A DNA stretch of 64,000 bases from an uncultured Actinomycetes bacterium (GTDB lineage Bacteria > Actinomycetota > Acidimicrobiia > IMCC26256 > PALSA-610): the NCBI GenBank assembly GCA_963839575.1, contig CAWIVQ010000003.1, positions 2,432,601 to 2,496,600 of the forward strand. Direction: 5' to 3'. Under the pieces are notes generated by a model. That model saw only the letters and a list, made by a program, of their open reading frames with translations, ran no database searches and was not told the origin of the DNA. Shown in pieces: positions 22,430 to 33,971 of this stretch (the first letter of the stretch is position 1; each line of letters begins with the position of its first letter). A program made the position numbers and the translations under genes.

Positions 22430-24987
22430 ATGAGCACGACGAGCACGGCCTCCGATGGCCTTTCGGGGAGTGAGGCGGCGGCTCGGCTCGCGCGTGACGG
22501 TCCGAATCGGCTTCCGGTCCCGGCTCGCGTTCCGGCCTGGCGGCAGCTGCTGGGTCAGCTCGTGCATTTCTTCGCGCTGATGCTGTGGGTCGCCGGCGCG
22601 CTGGCGATCGTCGCCGGGTTGGTGCAGCTCGGCGTCGCGATCTTCGCCGTCGTCGTGCTCAACGGAGTGTTCGCGTTCGTGCAGGAGTTCCGCGCCGAGC
22701 GCGCGGCCGAACGCCTCCGTGACCTCCTGCCGCGGCGCGTCACCGTGCTGCGGGACGCAAACCCCGTCGAGCTCGACGCCTCGGAGCTGGTCGTCGACGA
22801 TGTCGTCCTCTGTGTCGCGGGTGATCGCATCAGTGGCGACCTTCGGGTCGATGTAGCGCATGCGCTCCTCGTTGACACTTCCACGCTGACCGGGGAGAGC
22901 GACGCGGTCCGCGTCGAAGCGGGAGCGACGCTCTTCGCGGGAACGTTCGTGATCGAAGGCGAGGCCCGGGCGACCGCGGTGGCGACGGGCGCGGCGACAC
23001 GCCTCGCCGGCATCGCGTCGATGACGCAAACGGGCGGTCGTCGGACGACTCCACTGGCGCGCGAGCTTGCGCGAGTCGTACGCATGATCGGATTCATCGC
23101 GGTCGGGGTCGGCACGCTGTTCTTCGCGCTCGCTCTCCTCATCGGGACCGACGCACGCGACGGCTTCCTGTTCGCGATCGGTGTCACGGTCGCGCTCGTA
23201 CCCGAGGGATTGCTCCCAACCGTGACGCTGTCGCTCGCCATCGGCGCGCAACGCATGGCGCGGCGACATGCGCTCGTCCGTCGACTCGAGTCGGTCGAGA
23301 CCCTCGGTTCGACGACGTTCGTGTGCACCGACAAGACCGGGACGCTCACCGAGAATCGCATGGCAGTCGTCGACGCGTGGACCCCGGCCGGCAGGGCGCG
23401 CATCGTCGGCGAGGGCTACGAGCCGACCGCGACGATCGACGCCGACCGCGCCGTGCGCGACGCGGTGCGAAGCTGTGCGGTCATTGCGACCCGCTGTTCC
23501 AACGGACGTGTCGTGCAGTCCGGGGCGACGTGGATCGCGACGGGCGACCCGATGGAAGCCGCGCTGCACGCACTGGCGCTGCGGTCCGGTGCCGACCTCG
23601 ACGACGAGATCGCCCGCGAACCCGAGATCCGCCGCTTTCCCTTCGATGCTCGGCGACGCCGCATGTCGGTGATCACTCGCGATCACGTCTTCGTCAAGGG
23701 CGCGCCCGACTCGGTGCTGCCGGTCTGCGGCCCGATCGGCGGCGTCCATGACGTGATCGTCGACATGACTGCGAAGGGTCTGCGCGTGCTGGCGGTCGCA
23801 GCCCGTGACCTTCACGGAGCAATCCCGGACAGTGCCGACGACGCCGAACGAGCACTGACACTCGTCGGCATCGTCGGGCTCGAGGACCCGCCCCGGAGTC
23901 ACGCACGCGATGCCATCGCCGGCTGCCGCCGCGCCGGCATGAAGATCGCGATGATCACCGGAGATCATCCCCTGACCGCCCGGGCCATCGCGCAGGAGGT
24001 CGGGCTGCTCGGCGACCCCGTCGTGGTCTTGGAGGGCCACGAGCTGCCGGATGATCTCGAGGTCCTCGGCGCCCTGGTCGACCACGACGGCATCGTTCTG
24101 GCTCGAATCGAGCCCGAACAGAAGCTCCAGATCGCGCGTGCCCTGCGGGGCCGGCGTCATGTCGTCGCGATGACCGGTGATGGCGTCAACGACGGCCCCG
24201 CGTTGCACGAAGCCGACATCGGCGTGGCCATGGGAGGCGTCGGCACCGACGTCGCCGCGAAGCCGCGGACCTGGTGCTGCTCGACGACGACTTCGCAACA
24301 ATTGTCGCCGCGGTGGAACAGGGTCGCGCGACCTTCGCCAACATCCGCCGGTTTCTCACCTACCACCTCACCGACAACGTCGCGGAGCTCACGCCGTTCG
24401 TCGTCTGGGCCTTGTCGGGCGGCCGCTTCCCGCTCGCGTTGGGCGTGCTCCAGATCCTCGCGCTCGACATCGGCACCGATACGCTTCCCGCCGTCGCGCT
24501 CGGCGCCGATCCGCCGAGCGCCCGCACCCTCGAACATCCACCCGCGAGCGGCCACCTTCTCGACCGCACGGTCGCACGACGTGCGTTCGGCGTGCTCGGC
24601 CCATCCGAAGCGTTCATGGCGATGGCCGCGTTCGTCGTCTCCTTCGTCGCGGCCGGCTGGCGGCCCGGAGAGTCGTTCCCCACCGGTCCGACGCTGCACG
24701 CCGCCTCCGGTGCCGCCTTCGCGGCAGTGGTACTCGGCCAGGTCGCGAACACCTTTGCGTGTCGCAGCCGATCGCAACCGGTCTGGCGCATACCGCTACG
24801 CACGAACCCACTCGTTGTCGTCGCGGTCAGTGCGGAGGTCGCGCTCCTCGCCGCCTTCTTGTGGATCCAGCCACTCGCGCATCTCCTCGACCAAGCCCCA
24901 CCGTCGAACGCCGGATGGCTGGTCGCCCTGCTCACGCCGCTCGTGTTGGTCTTCGCCGACGCGTTGGACAAGCGCATACGCAGATGA
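22430..24987 (+). CDS. Cation-transporting P-type ATPase (P2A, CtpF-like; frameshift ~24260)
   Basis: TGES, VPEGL, DKTGTLT, KGAP, MITGD, TGDGVND. Confidence 0.93.
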
Positions 24988-25090
24988 CGTCAGATCACGC
25001 GAGGGGGGGTCTCCCGGCCGGCGGAGCCGGTTGTCGCAGGACCGGCGTGTCCGGTTCGGGACTCGCGGAGTGACGTTTCGAGTTCGTGCC

Positions 25091-25104
25091 GGGACGTTCG
25101 GCTC
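25091..25104. promoter_or_regulatory. DosR/OsdR-like box GGGAC-GTTC-GGCTC
   Basis: One mismatch to GGGNC-N4-GNCCC; about 64 bp upstream of the small ORF at 25168. Confidence 0.5.
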
Positions 25105-25167
25105 TACGGACGGCCCGAGCGGGCGCCGATGCAGTAACCAGGCGAGAGATGGCAGGGAGGTTGTGCC

Positions 25168-25350
25168 ATGACCGACCGTATGAAGCTCCTCATCGCGTTG
25201 TTGAGCGACGACGAGCACGACGACGATCAGCACGAGGACGACGAGCACGACGGCGGCGTCACGGTGTTCGAAGTGGCCGCCATGCTCTACGAGCTCGGCG
25301 ACGAATACCGACAACGTGCGCGCGCATCCTTGGCGCTCGCGCCCGCCTGA
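25168..25350 (+). CDS. Small acidic His/Asp-rich hypothetical protein (60 aa)
   Basis: RBS agggagg; DDEHDDDQHEDDEHD tract. Confidence 0.55.
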   Translation: MTDRMKLLIALLSDDEHDDDQHEDDEHDGGVTVFEVAAMLYELGDEYRQRARASLALAPA

Positions 25351-25400
25351 ACGGCCCGGATGGTTCCGCCGGGACGGACCCCGGCGCGGCCGCGCCGCGA

Positions 25401-25416
25401 AGGGCACTTCGGCCCT
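25401..25416. promoter_or_regulatory. OsdR-like palindrome AGGGCACTTCGGCCCT
   Basis: Close to the Streptomyces OsdR consensus AGGGCCGATCGGCCCT, but lies between convergent genes. Confidence 0.3.
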
Positions 25417-25438
25417 GGCCGGCCGACGGCGTCGGTGC

Positions 25439-25696
25439 CTAGCGTGGTCGTGACTGATCGGCCGCATACACCGCTTCGCAGCGGACCCGCTCGGGACAGC
25501 CCAGGCACGCCGGGGGAGTGACCCGATGAACGAATCCGAGTTCGACGTGCCAACACCGGCCGCAGGTTCGGCACGAGAAGTGCACATCTCGTGATTCGAC
25601 CTCGACCACCGGCACCAAGTCGTCGGAATCGCATGTTGGACAACGGTCGAGCGGACGGCCGAACAGGTGCTCAGGCTCATCGCGCGACATCGCCAT
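25439..25696 (-). CDS. Small Cys-rich (zinc-ribbon-like) protein (85 aa)
   Basis: RBS ggagg; CPTC...CRTCGRC...CLGC...C. Confidence 0.65.
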   Translation of the reverse strand: MAMSRDEPEHLFGRPLDRCPTCDSDDLVPVVEVESRDVHFSCRTCGRCWHVELGFVHRVTPPACLGCPERVRCEAVYAADQSRPR

Positions 25697-25797
25697 CGTT
25701 GCCTCCGTCGTCGACACGAACGGTGAAGCGCATCCACGGCGGACCGACACCCTCTCGTGACGCAGCGAGTGTTTCCAGGTGCACCTTCGCAGGTGAA

Positions 25798-25811
25798 GGG
25801 TCAACGGGCTC
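25798..25811. promoter_or_regulatory. DosR/OsdR-like box GGGTC-AACG-GGCTC
   Basis: One mismatch; in the divergent intergenic region between the Cys-rich ORF and HAD-GH65. Confidence 0.4.
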
Positions 25812-25996
25812 GTGCGAGTCCGACGAACCGCTCTCATCTTCGGCGCATCGCCGGGTAGTTTCAACCGTGAGAACCGGCGCTGCGCCCACGCCGTTGGTCG
25901 GTGTCAGCATCGTCGATCCGGCGGCGACGAGTCACTCCGGCCGAGTCGTGTCACGGTGTTTGTGCAGTTCGCCTCGGAGCACGAGACTCGAGCCAG

Positions 25997-28964
25997 ATGG
26001 ATGACCTCGCACTGCCGGCGCTGCTCGCTCGTCGCTTCGAAGGGGTGATGTTCGACTGGGACGGCACGGCCGTCACCGACCGCAGTGCGGATGCGAGCGC
26101 GGTACGCCGCGTTGTCGAGCAGCTGTGCGCGCTCGGCGTCGATGTCGCGGTCGTGAGTGGCACGCACGTCGACAATGTCGACAGCCAGCTCGCGGCGCGC
26201 CCGTCGGGGCCGGGCCGGCTGTTGCTGGCGCTCAACCGCGGCTCGGAGCTCTTCGAGGTCGGCGTCGATGGCCCTGTGCTCATCTCGCGACGGCAAGCGA
26301 CGACCGAAGAAGATGCTGCGCTGACGCGGGCTGCGGAGCACACGGTTGCCCGACTCGCGGCGCGCGGCCTCGAGACGCGCATCGTGTCGCAGCGATTGAA
26401 CCGTCGCAAGATCGACCTGATCCCGCTCCCGGAATGGACCGACCCACCCAAGTCCGAGATCGATCGACTGCTCGCGGCCGTCGAGCTGCGGCTGCGCGCC
26501 GCGGGCATCGACGACCTTGCGGAGGTTGCCGCGCTCGCGACCGATATCGCCGCGTGAAGCCGGACTCGCGGATCCGCGGGTGACCAGCGACGCCAAGCAC
26601 GTGGAGATCGGGCTCACCGACAAGGCCGACTCGGCGCGTGCGGTCTTCGCAGAGCTCTGGGCCGACGGTATCGCTTCCGAGTCGGTCCTGATCGGCGGCG
26701 ACGAATTCGGCGCTCTCGGTGGGCTACCGGGAAGTGACTCGTTCATGATCGTCGCCGAAGGTGCGGACGCGGGAGTCTGTTCGGTTGGGATCGAACCCAA
26801 CGGGGTGCCCGAAGGCGTCGTGCATCTCGCGGGTGGGCCGCGGCGATTCCTCGAGGTGTTGAGCGATCAGGTACGGCGCCGCGGCGATCTTCCCCGCATC
26901 GTCGCGCGGGAGGGATGGTCCTTTGTCGTCGACACATTCGATCCCGACCTCGGGCGCACGCATGAGTCGCTGCTCACGATCGCCGACGGAATGATCGGCA
27001 CCAATGGCGCGCCGCTGTTCACGCATCCCGCGGCCCGACCGGAGTTGATGGCCGCCGGGGTCTACGACGGCGAGGGGCCGCTCACCGATCTCCTCGCGGG
27101 ACCGCGCTGGGCGACGTTCGGCGAGTGCGCTCGCCCCCGACGACCAGGTGTTGCGGGTGCTCGATCTGCGAACCGGTCTGCTCGGTGAGGAGATCGTCGG
27201 AGCGACCCGGGTGCAGTCGGTGCGATTTTCCTCGCTCGCCCGCCCGGGTATCGCGGTGTTGCGGGCCGATGTCGATCCGCCCGATGCCTCTGATGCACTC
27301 GTTTCTCCCGACGGAGCCGTTCTCTCGGGTCGCGAGGGCGAGTACGAATGGATGGCGGTCCGGGGCACCGGTGGGTCGATCACTGCGGCCGCGTGGCAGG
27401 AACGCGACGCGATCCGTCTCGATCGGATCGCCGCGTACGTCGTCGGCGACGACGGCGCCGAGCCCGATCGCGCGGTCGTGGGTCTGGGCGAGCGCGCGCG
27501 CCCTCGGATTCGACTCGCTGCTCGCCGAGCACCGTCGCGCGTGGGCGCGGCGTTGGGAGCGCGCCGACATCCGCATCGAGGGTGACGACGAGCTCCAACT
27601 GCAGGTTCGTCTCGCGCTCTTCCACCTGATGGCGTCGGTCGCCGACCGGGGCGAAGCTGCGGTCGGGCGCGCGGGGTATCACGGGGCACGCGTATCGCGG
27701 GCACGTGTTCTGGGACGCGGATCTGTTCGTGCTTCCGTTCCTCGCCGCGACCGAGCCCGCCGCCGCGAGAGCGATGCTCGAATACCGCTGCCGTCGCCTT
27801 CCCGCCGCGCTCGCCGCCGCGCGCGGTCGAAGGGTGCCAGGGTGCGCGCTTTCCCTGGGAGTCGGCCGCCAGCGGATTCGACGTCACCCCCCACTCCGGG
27901 CGCGACCACAGCGGTCGCGTCGTGCCGATCCGCACCGGCGAGGCCGAGGTGCACATCGTCGGCGATGTTGCCTGGGCGGCGTGCTGCTACATCGACTGGA
28001 CCGGCGATCACGAGTTCGCCGTCGGCGCCGGTCGGGAGATTCTCGTCGAGACCGCGCGCTACTGGGCGTCACGTATCCGTGTCGACGGCTCGGGGCGAGG
28101 GCATCTCTACGGCGTGATCGGGCCCGACGAGTATCACGAGCCGGTCGACGACAACGCCTTCACCAACGTGCTCGCGCGCTGGAACCTGCGCCGCGCGGCC
28201 GCGTCGGCGGCGGAGCGTCGACGACGGCGCGGTCGACGGCGAGGAGCTGCAGACCTGGCTACGCCTCGCCGACGCGCTCGATCGACGGCTTCGACTCGCT
28301 GCAACCGGTATCTACGAGGAGTTCGCGGGCTTCTTCGAGCTCGAACCATTGCTCATCCGTGACATCGCGCCCCAGCGTCCGATCACCGCCGACCTGTTGC
28401 TGGGCCGCGGAGCGGGTGCGTCGCGCACAGATCGTGAAGCAGACCGACGTGTTGATGCTCCACCATCTGCTTCCCGACGAGGTCGAGGCCGGGGTCGCTT
28501 GGCCCCGAACCTCGACTACTACGAGCCGCGCACGGCGCACGGCAGCTCGCTGTCGCCGGGCATTCACGCGGCGCTGTTCGCTCGCGCCGGTCGGATCGAC
28601 GATGCCCTGGCCTGGTTGCGGATCGCCGCCGGAATCGACGTCGAACGACCTCACCCGGACCGGCGCCGGTGGTGTGCATCTCGGCGCGATGGGAAGCGTC
28701 TGGCAGGCCCTCGCGTACGGGTTCGCGGGACTGCGGCCCCGCGGCGACGCGCTCGTCGTCGACCCGCGGCTTCCGGACACCTGGTCCGGGTTCGAGCTCC
28801 GACGTCCGGTTCCGTGGCGTCCCGTTGGTCCTGCGGCCTGGAACCCGAGGCCATCGTCGTGAGCGCGCCGGCGCCGGTCGTCTTGATCGTCGACGGTCGT
28901 CGCATCATGTGCGCGGCGGGCGACACGCGCGTGCCGTCGTTCCAACCGAAGAGGTGCCTCATGA
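25997..28964 (+). CDS. HAD phosphatase-glycoside hydrolase family 65 (trehalose/maltose phosphorylase-like) fusion; many frameshifts
   Basis: FDWDGT (HAD DxD); YRGHVFWDAD, FPWES, VIGPDEYHE, DNAFTN, KQTDV, HGSSLS (GH65) spread across frames. Confidence 0.82.
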
Positions 28965-29777
28965 CGATCCTCGCTGCCATCGACGACTCGGCCGCAGCCC
29001 AGCCCGTGCTCGACCTCGCCCGCCGGCTCGCCGAACTGTTCGTGGCGCACGTCGAGGGCGTCCACGTGCAAGAAGACGACAGCGGCCGGAGCGCCGCCGC
29101 GATCGCGGACGCGGCGAACGTCCCGCTGCACGTCCTTCACGGCGATGTCGTCTCGGCCTTGCGCGCGGAGATGCACGATCGGGACGCGATCGCGCTCGTC
29201 ATCGGAACGCGCGGCGTCCCCGCCGGTGCACAACCCGCCGGTCACATCGCGCTGGACCTGGTGCAGTCTCTCGACTGGCCGGTCGTGGTCGTCCCCCCGC
29301 ACGCGGCCGATCGGCCGTTGCGTCGCGTGCTCGTCGCGGTCGAAGGAGACGGCGAGAGCCACGCCCTGCGACGTCTGTTCGACCGGCTCGAGGAGCGGCC
29401 GACGCCCGAGGTGATCGCGCTTCATGTGATCGAGCCGTCGGCGCTTCCTCCGTTCGCCGATAGTCCGGTGTACGAGGCCGACGCGTTCGAGCGCGAGTTC
29501 ATGATCGGCGCGTCGAGCAGCGTGGTCGCCGATCCGTCTCGAGTCCGGTTCGAGATGCGGGTCGGTGACGCTGCCGAGCGTGCTGCGCGACGCGGCCCGT
29601 GAGCTCGACGTCGATCTCGTGGTCATGGCGTGGCACCGGAACCTCGCCGGAGGACACGGTCGGCTCGTGCACGAGATGCTGGCGAGCGCCTCGGTTCCCG
29701 TCGCCCTCTTTCCCCTCGAAATTCGCCTCGACGGGCCGTCGCCGCTTGCCGAGGGCTCCGAGCGCCATCCGGTGTGA
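28961..29777 (+). CDS. Tandem universal stress protein (frameshift ~29570)
   Basis: ILAAIDDS, LVIGTRG, PVVVVP, RRVLVAVEG, DLVVMAW. Confidence 0.82.
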
Positions 29778-29861
29778 CGCACACCTCGCGTTCGGGTCTG
29801 TCGCGGCGACTCGGCAACCCCGGTCGGCTGAATGGCGGACCGTGTACCGGGCGCGGTGGGT

Positions 29862-30014
29862 TCAGCTCGCGATGGGGCGCGACCGGACGGTCCGCAGGGC
29901 GTCCGGAACGAGGTCGCCACGTCCGCGCCAGGCGAGCAGCTCGCCCAGTTCCTCGGCGAGCACACGTGTCGCCTGGTCGTCGTGCAGGTACTCGAGGAAC
30001 TGTCCCGTGCCCAT
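29862..30014 (-). CDS. Small hypothetical protein (50 aa), below the ORF track cutoff
   Basis: GGAGGAAACG-ATG RBS; MGTGQFLEYLHDDQATRVLAEELGELLAWRGRGDLVPDALRTVRSRPIAS; DosR-like box 60 bp upstream. Confidence 0.55.
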   Translation of the reverse strand: MGTGQFLEYLHDDQATRVLAEELGELLAWRGRGDLVPDALRTVRSRPIAS

Positions 30015-30074
30015 CGTTTCCTCCGATTGTCGTTGGGTCGCATGAGCATGCGTCGGGACGGTCCAGGGCCGGCA

Positions 30075-30088
30075 GGGACGAAAGTCAC
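30075..30088. promoter_or_regulatory. DosR-like box GGGAC-GAAA-GTCAC
   Basis: Close to the mycobacterial DosR core GGGACTWWAGTCCC. Confidence 0.55.
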
Positions 30089-30200
30089 CGCTCGAACGCC
30101 GGTCGTCCCGAGTGCGCGGGCAATCGACAAGATCGTGGCGCGGACTCAGCTCGCGGGCTCGCGTCGTCGATCGAACTACGGCCGGAGGTCTCCGGTGCTC

Positions 30201-30214
30201 GGGACGTCCGTCCC
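30201..30214. promoter_or_regulatory. DosR-like box GGGAC-GTCC-GTCCC
   Basis: Perfect GGGAC-N4-GTCCC, about 62 bp upstream of the small ORF/ppsA unit. Confidence 0.55.
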
Positions 30215-30275
30215 TGCCGTCCTCGTCGTCATCGGGGGATGCTGGGAGTTCATCGCAGATGACGCGGAGGGACCA

Positions 30276-30461
30276 ATGACGGCGAACGAACCCCTTGAAC
30301 TCGGAGCGCGTGTGTGCGCATCGATCGACGATGCGCTGACCCGCTTCCAGGGCCGGACGCTGGTCAGCGGCACCGAGGTCGTCGACTTCCTGCTCGACCT
30401 GCGTCTCGTGATCGATGCCGAGACTCGGCTCGCCGATCTGCTCGTACCCGTAGGGGGCTAG
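30276..30461 (+). CDS. Small hypothetical protein (61 aa)
   Basis: RBS ggaggg; amphipathic helix EVVDFLLDLRLV; directly upstream of ppsA. Confidence 0.6.
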   Translation: MTANEPLELGARVCASIDDALTRFQGRTLVSGTEVVDFLLDLRLVIDAETRLADLLVPVGG

Positions 30462-30485
30462 GGCAACGGAAGGGATTTCGAGGTC

Positions 30486-32798
30486 ATGTTGCAGACATCG
30501 CAGATAGTGCAGTTCGAAGCGCTCGGGGTCGCGGATACGGCGATTGCCGGCGGCAAGGGCGCCAACCTCGGCGAGCTGTGCCGCGCCGGGTTCCCCGTGC
30601 CGCCCGGATTCGTGATCAGCGCTCCGGCATACCTGAGCGCGATGGACGCCGGCGGCGTTCGTACCGGCCTCGTGGAGATCGAGCGCTCGATCGACATCGA
30701 TGACGCGGGCTCATTGTCCGACGGCGCCACCCGGTTGCAGGCTTCGGTGCACGAGGCGGGTCTCCCGCCCGCGCTGCGCTCCGAGTTGCTCGACGCGTAT
30801 CACCGGCTCGGGTCGAACCGCCGGGTCGCGGTGCGATCGTCGGCCACCGCGGAGGACTCGGCCGACACATCGTTCGCAGGCATGAATCAGACGTTCACGA
30901 ACGTGAGCGGAGACGAGCAGTTGTGTGCGGCGGTGGTGGACTGCTGGATGTCGTTGTTCGGTGAACGGGTCGTCTCCTATCGGAGAACTCGCGGCATCGC
31001 CGACGAACCGGCGATCGCGGTCGTCGTGCAGGAGATGGTCGAGTCCGAGCGCAGCGGCGTGATGTTCACGGTCGATCCGTCGACGGGTGACCCGTCGACG
31101 ATCGTTGTCGAAGGTGCATTCGGCCTCGGCGAGGTCGTCGTCGGCGGCCAGGTCGAGCCGGATACCTACCGTATTGCCAAGGACGGCCCGCGTCTCACCG
31201 ACGTCCGGGTGGGTGTGCAGACGTTCATGATCGTCGCGGACGACGCCGGCGGTGATCGGCGGGTCGATCTGTCGCCGGCCGAGGGCGGGCGTCGGGTACT
31301 CAGCGACGACGAAGCCCTCGATCTCGCGCGGCTCGGGCTGCGCGTCGAACGCCACTACGGCGCGCCGCAAGACACCGAATGGGCGATCGCGGGAGGCGAG
31401 ATCTTCCTCGTGCAGTCGCGCCCGATCACGACCCTGGGGCCCGTGGCCGCCGAGTCGTCGACCGCCGGGACTCCCACGTCGGTCGACGTCGTGCTGGTCC
31501 GGGGACTCGGCGCGGCGCCTGGTATCGCGGTCGGACGAGTACGCGTCATCCGGTCGCCGTCCGAGGGCGATTCTCTGCAGACTGGCGAGGTGCTCGTCGC
31601 GCCCATGACGAGTCCCGACTGGGTTCCGGTCCTGCGCCGGGCCGGCGCGCTGGTCACCGATGGCGGCGGAATGACGTGCCATGCCGCGATCGTGAGCCGC
31701 GAGCTCGGGGTCCCGTGCGTCGTGGGGACACGGCGTGCGACGGAGCTGTTGCGCGACGGCGAGCTCGTCACGGTCGACGGCGCCAAGGGTGTCGTGCTCG
31801 AAGGCGATCGTGCGCCCGTCACGGCGGTTACGGCCGAGGCCCGCGGCGCCGGTCCGGCACCGGTCGCGGTCTCGCCGATCGCGACCAAGCTCTACGTGAA
31901 CGTGGCGATGGCGGATCAGGCGGAACGTGTCGCCGCCCTCCCGGTCGACGGCGTCGGATTGTTGCGAGCGGAGTTCCTTCTCACCGAGGCACTCGCCGGC
32001 CGCCATCCGCGCGCCGTGGTCGCGAACGATCGCGCCGAGTTCGTCGCGCGAATGTCGTCGTCGATCCTGCGCATCGCAACGGCGTTTGCACCTCGACCGG
32101 TGGTCTACCGGACGATCGACTTCCGGAGCAACGAGTTCGCGAATCTCGAAGGCGGCGCGGCGTACGAGCCGGTGGAGAGCAATCCGATGATCGGTTATCG
32201 CGGCTGCTATCGCTATGTGCGCGAGCCCGACCTGTTCTCCCTCGAGCTCGAGGTCCTGGCTCACGTGCGTGAGCAGGCGCCGAACCTGCATCTCATGCTC
32301 CCGTTCGTGCGAACACGGTGGGAGCTCGAAGCGTGTCTGGAGCTCGTCGATCGCAGCCCCCTCGGAGCGCAGCGAGGGCTGCACCGTTGGGTGATGGCCG
32401 AGGTGCCGTCGGTCGTGTACCGCATTCCCGAGTACGCGGCGTTGGGTATCGACGGTGTCTCCATCGGATCCAACGACCTGACGCAACTCATGCTGGGCGT
32501 CGATCGCGATTCCGAGGTCTGCTCCGAATTGTTCGACGAGTCCGACGCGGCGGTTCTCGATGCGATCGGGCGCATCATCTCGGCCGCGCGCGCCGCGGGG
32601 ATCACCTCGTCGCTGTGCGGTCAGGCCCCGTCGAACAAGCCGGACTTCGCCGAGCACCTCGTGCGCTTCGGCATCACATCGATCTCGGTGAACCCCGACG
32701 CGGTCGACCGCGCCCGCGCCGGCATCGCTTCGGCCGAACGCCGCATCGTGCTCGACGCGGCGCGTGCACAAGACCGGCCGACCATCGGCGACCGGTGA
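30486..32798 (+). CDS. ppsA: Phosphoenolpyruvate synthase (pyruvate, water dikinase)
   Basis: [31 protein letters not shown] phospho-His, [20 protein letters not shown]. Confidence 0.95.
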   Translation: MLQTSQIVQFEALGVADTAIAGGKGANLGELCRAGFPVPPGFVISAPAYLSAMDAGGVRTGLVEIERSIDIDDAGSLSDGATRLQASVHEAGLPPALRSELLDAYHRLGSNRRVAVRSSATAEDSADTSFAGMNQTFTNVSGDEQLCAAVVDCWMSLFGERVVSYRRTRGIADEPAIAVVVQEMVESERSGVMFTVDPSTGDPSTIVVEGAFGLGEVVVGGQVEPDTYRIAKDGPRLTDVRVGVQTFMIVADDAGGDRRVDLSPAEGGRRVLSDDEALDLARLGLRVERHYGAPQDTEWAIAGGEIFLVQSRPITTLGPVAAESSTAGTPTSVDVVLVRGLGAAPGIAVGRVRVIRSPSEGDSLQTGEVLVAPMTSPDWVPVLRRAGALVTDGGGMTCHAAIVSRELGVPCVVGTRRATELLRDGELVTVDGAKGVVLEGDRAPVTAVTAEARGAGPAPVAVSPIATKLYVNVAMADQAERVAALPVDGVGLLRAEFLLTEALAGRHPRAVVANDRAEFVARMSSSILRIATAFAPRPVVYRTIDFRSNEFANLEGGAAYEPVESNPMIGYRGCYRYVREPDLFSLELEVLAHVREQAPNLHLMLPFVRTRWELEACLELVDRSPLGAQRGLHRWVMAEVPSVVYRIPEYAALGIDGVSIGSNDLTQLMLGVDRDSEVCSELFDESDAAVLDAIGRIISAARAAGITSSLCGQAPSNKPDFAEHLVRFGITSISVNPDAVDRARAGIASAERRIVLDAARAQDRPTIGDR

Positions 32799-32850
32799 GG
32801 AGCCCACTCATGAGCTTTCACCCGTACGCGCGGTCGTCCAGGTATCGGGT

Positions 32851-33051
32851 TCACACGAACGGCCGCGCGAAGGCCTCGTCCGGCACGGTGTAACCGCTCT
32901 CGGTCAAGGCGATGCATGCCGCGACGGCCGCCATCGCGTCGACGAAGCACAGCGCGAACAGCCAGCGCAGCTCGTCGATGACGTCGGTGACGCTACGGCC
33001 TACCTGCAGCAGCCCGTGGGCGTGGCGCAACGGAGCCAGATCAGTATCCAT
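32851..33051 (-). CDS. Small hypothetical protein (66 aa)
   Basis: Protein-like composition MDTDLAPLRHAHGLL..., co-oriented with the CBS gene; weak RBS. Confidence 0.45.
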   Translation of the reverse strand: MDTDLAPLRHAHGLLQVGRSVTDVIDELRWLFALCFVDAMAAVAACIALTESGYTVPDEAFARPFV

Positions 33052-33164
33052 GCGGGGGGAGTCATCGGCGGGGCATCGACCGGGCGGGAGCAATCGTCGC
33101 CCGGTGCGACGCATGTCACGACCGCCCTGGGGGGTCGTCGACGTGGCGTCGCGCCATTGCGCCG

Positions 33165-33564
33165 TCAGAGCGTGGCCCGGGCGTGGTCGATGAGTGCCGG
33201 CAAGACATCGCGCGGAGACCACGCCGACGATCGTCCCGCGGCTCACGACGGCCACGTGCCGGATTCCCTCGGTCGACATGCGTTCGGCGACATCGACGAT
33301 CATCTCCTCCGGCTCGGCGAGCACGAGTCGGTCCACCATGAGGTCGGCGGCCCACACCTCGTCGGGGTCGGCGCCGGTGGCGAGGGCGCGAACGACGTCG
33401 CGTTCGGAGACGATCCCCACGGACCGATCGGGCCGGGCGACGAGCGCGACGCCGATATCGAGCTCGGCGAGCACCGCGGCCAGTGAGCGCATCGTCACCT
33501 TCTCGTCGACGGAAATTGCGCCGTGAGACATGACCTCACGGACCGGGTCGCGGGGCTCGGCCAT
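33165..33564 (-). CDS. CBS-domain pair protein (frameshift ~33210)
   Basis: PVREVMS, VGIVSERDVV, IRHVAVV...VGVVSARD. Confidence 0.85.
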
Positions 33565-33688
33565 CTCATCGATCCCTTCCGTTGTACCTTCTGTTGGAGC
33601 TGCGTCACGGCTGCACCGACGCTGCACCGACCGCGCAGACGTGCACCGACGTGCCGCGACCACCGCGACCCGACGGCCCGGATCCGGC

Positions 33689-33931
33689 TCACGGGGCCGC
33701 GACGAGTCGACGTACCTCTGCGATGAGCTCGGGGGCCCCGGCGAGGGGACTGTGCCGGCCGTCCGACGACGGGACCAGATCCCCGAGCTGTTCGTAGATG
33801 TCGGCGTCGGTCGCGCCGGTGAGGACGAGCGTTGCGAGGAAGTGCACGGTGTCATCGTGCGCGCCCTCCCGCTCGGCGAGAGCGTGGAGCTCGGTCTGGT
33901 GGAGTTCGATCCAGTGTTCGATGTCGGTCAT
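33689..33931 (-). CDS. Small hypothetical protein (80 aa)
   Basis: Co-oriented ORF between BON and CBS genes with acidic helical composition. Confidence 0.55.
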   Translation of the reverse strand: MTDIEHWIELHQTELHALAEREGAHDDTVHFLATLVLTGATDADIYEQLGDLVPSSDGRHSPLAGAPELIAEVRRLVAAP

Positions 33932-33971
33932 CGCCGCGCTTCTTCGTTCGGGAGAACGCCCGGTTCGTTGG

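Noticed and set aside
28349-29602. GH65-USP fusion ORF
   Set aside because: The USP has its own RBS-like gagg and an ATG at 28961 with an ATGA overlap; the read-through is likely an indel.
30711-32807. Long antisense ORFs opposite real genes (this one and many others)
   Set aside because: Shadow ORFs expected in high-GC DNA, with no recognisable motifs.
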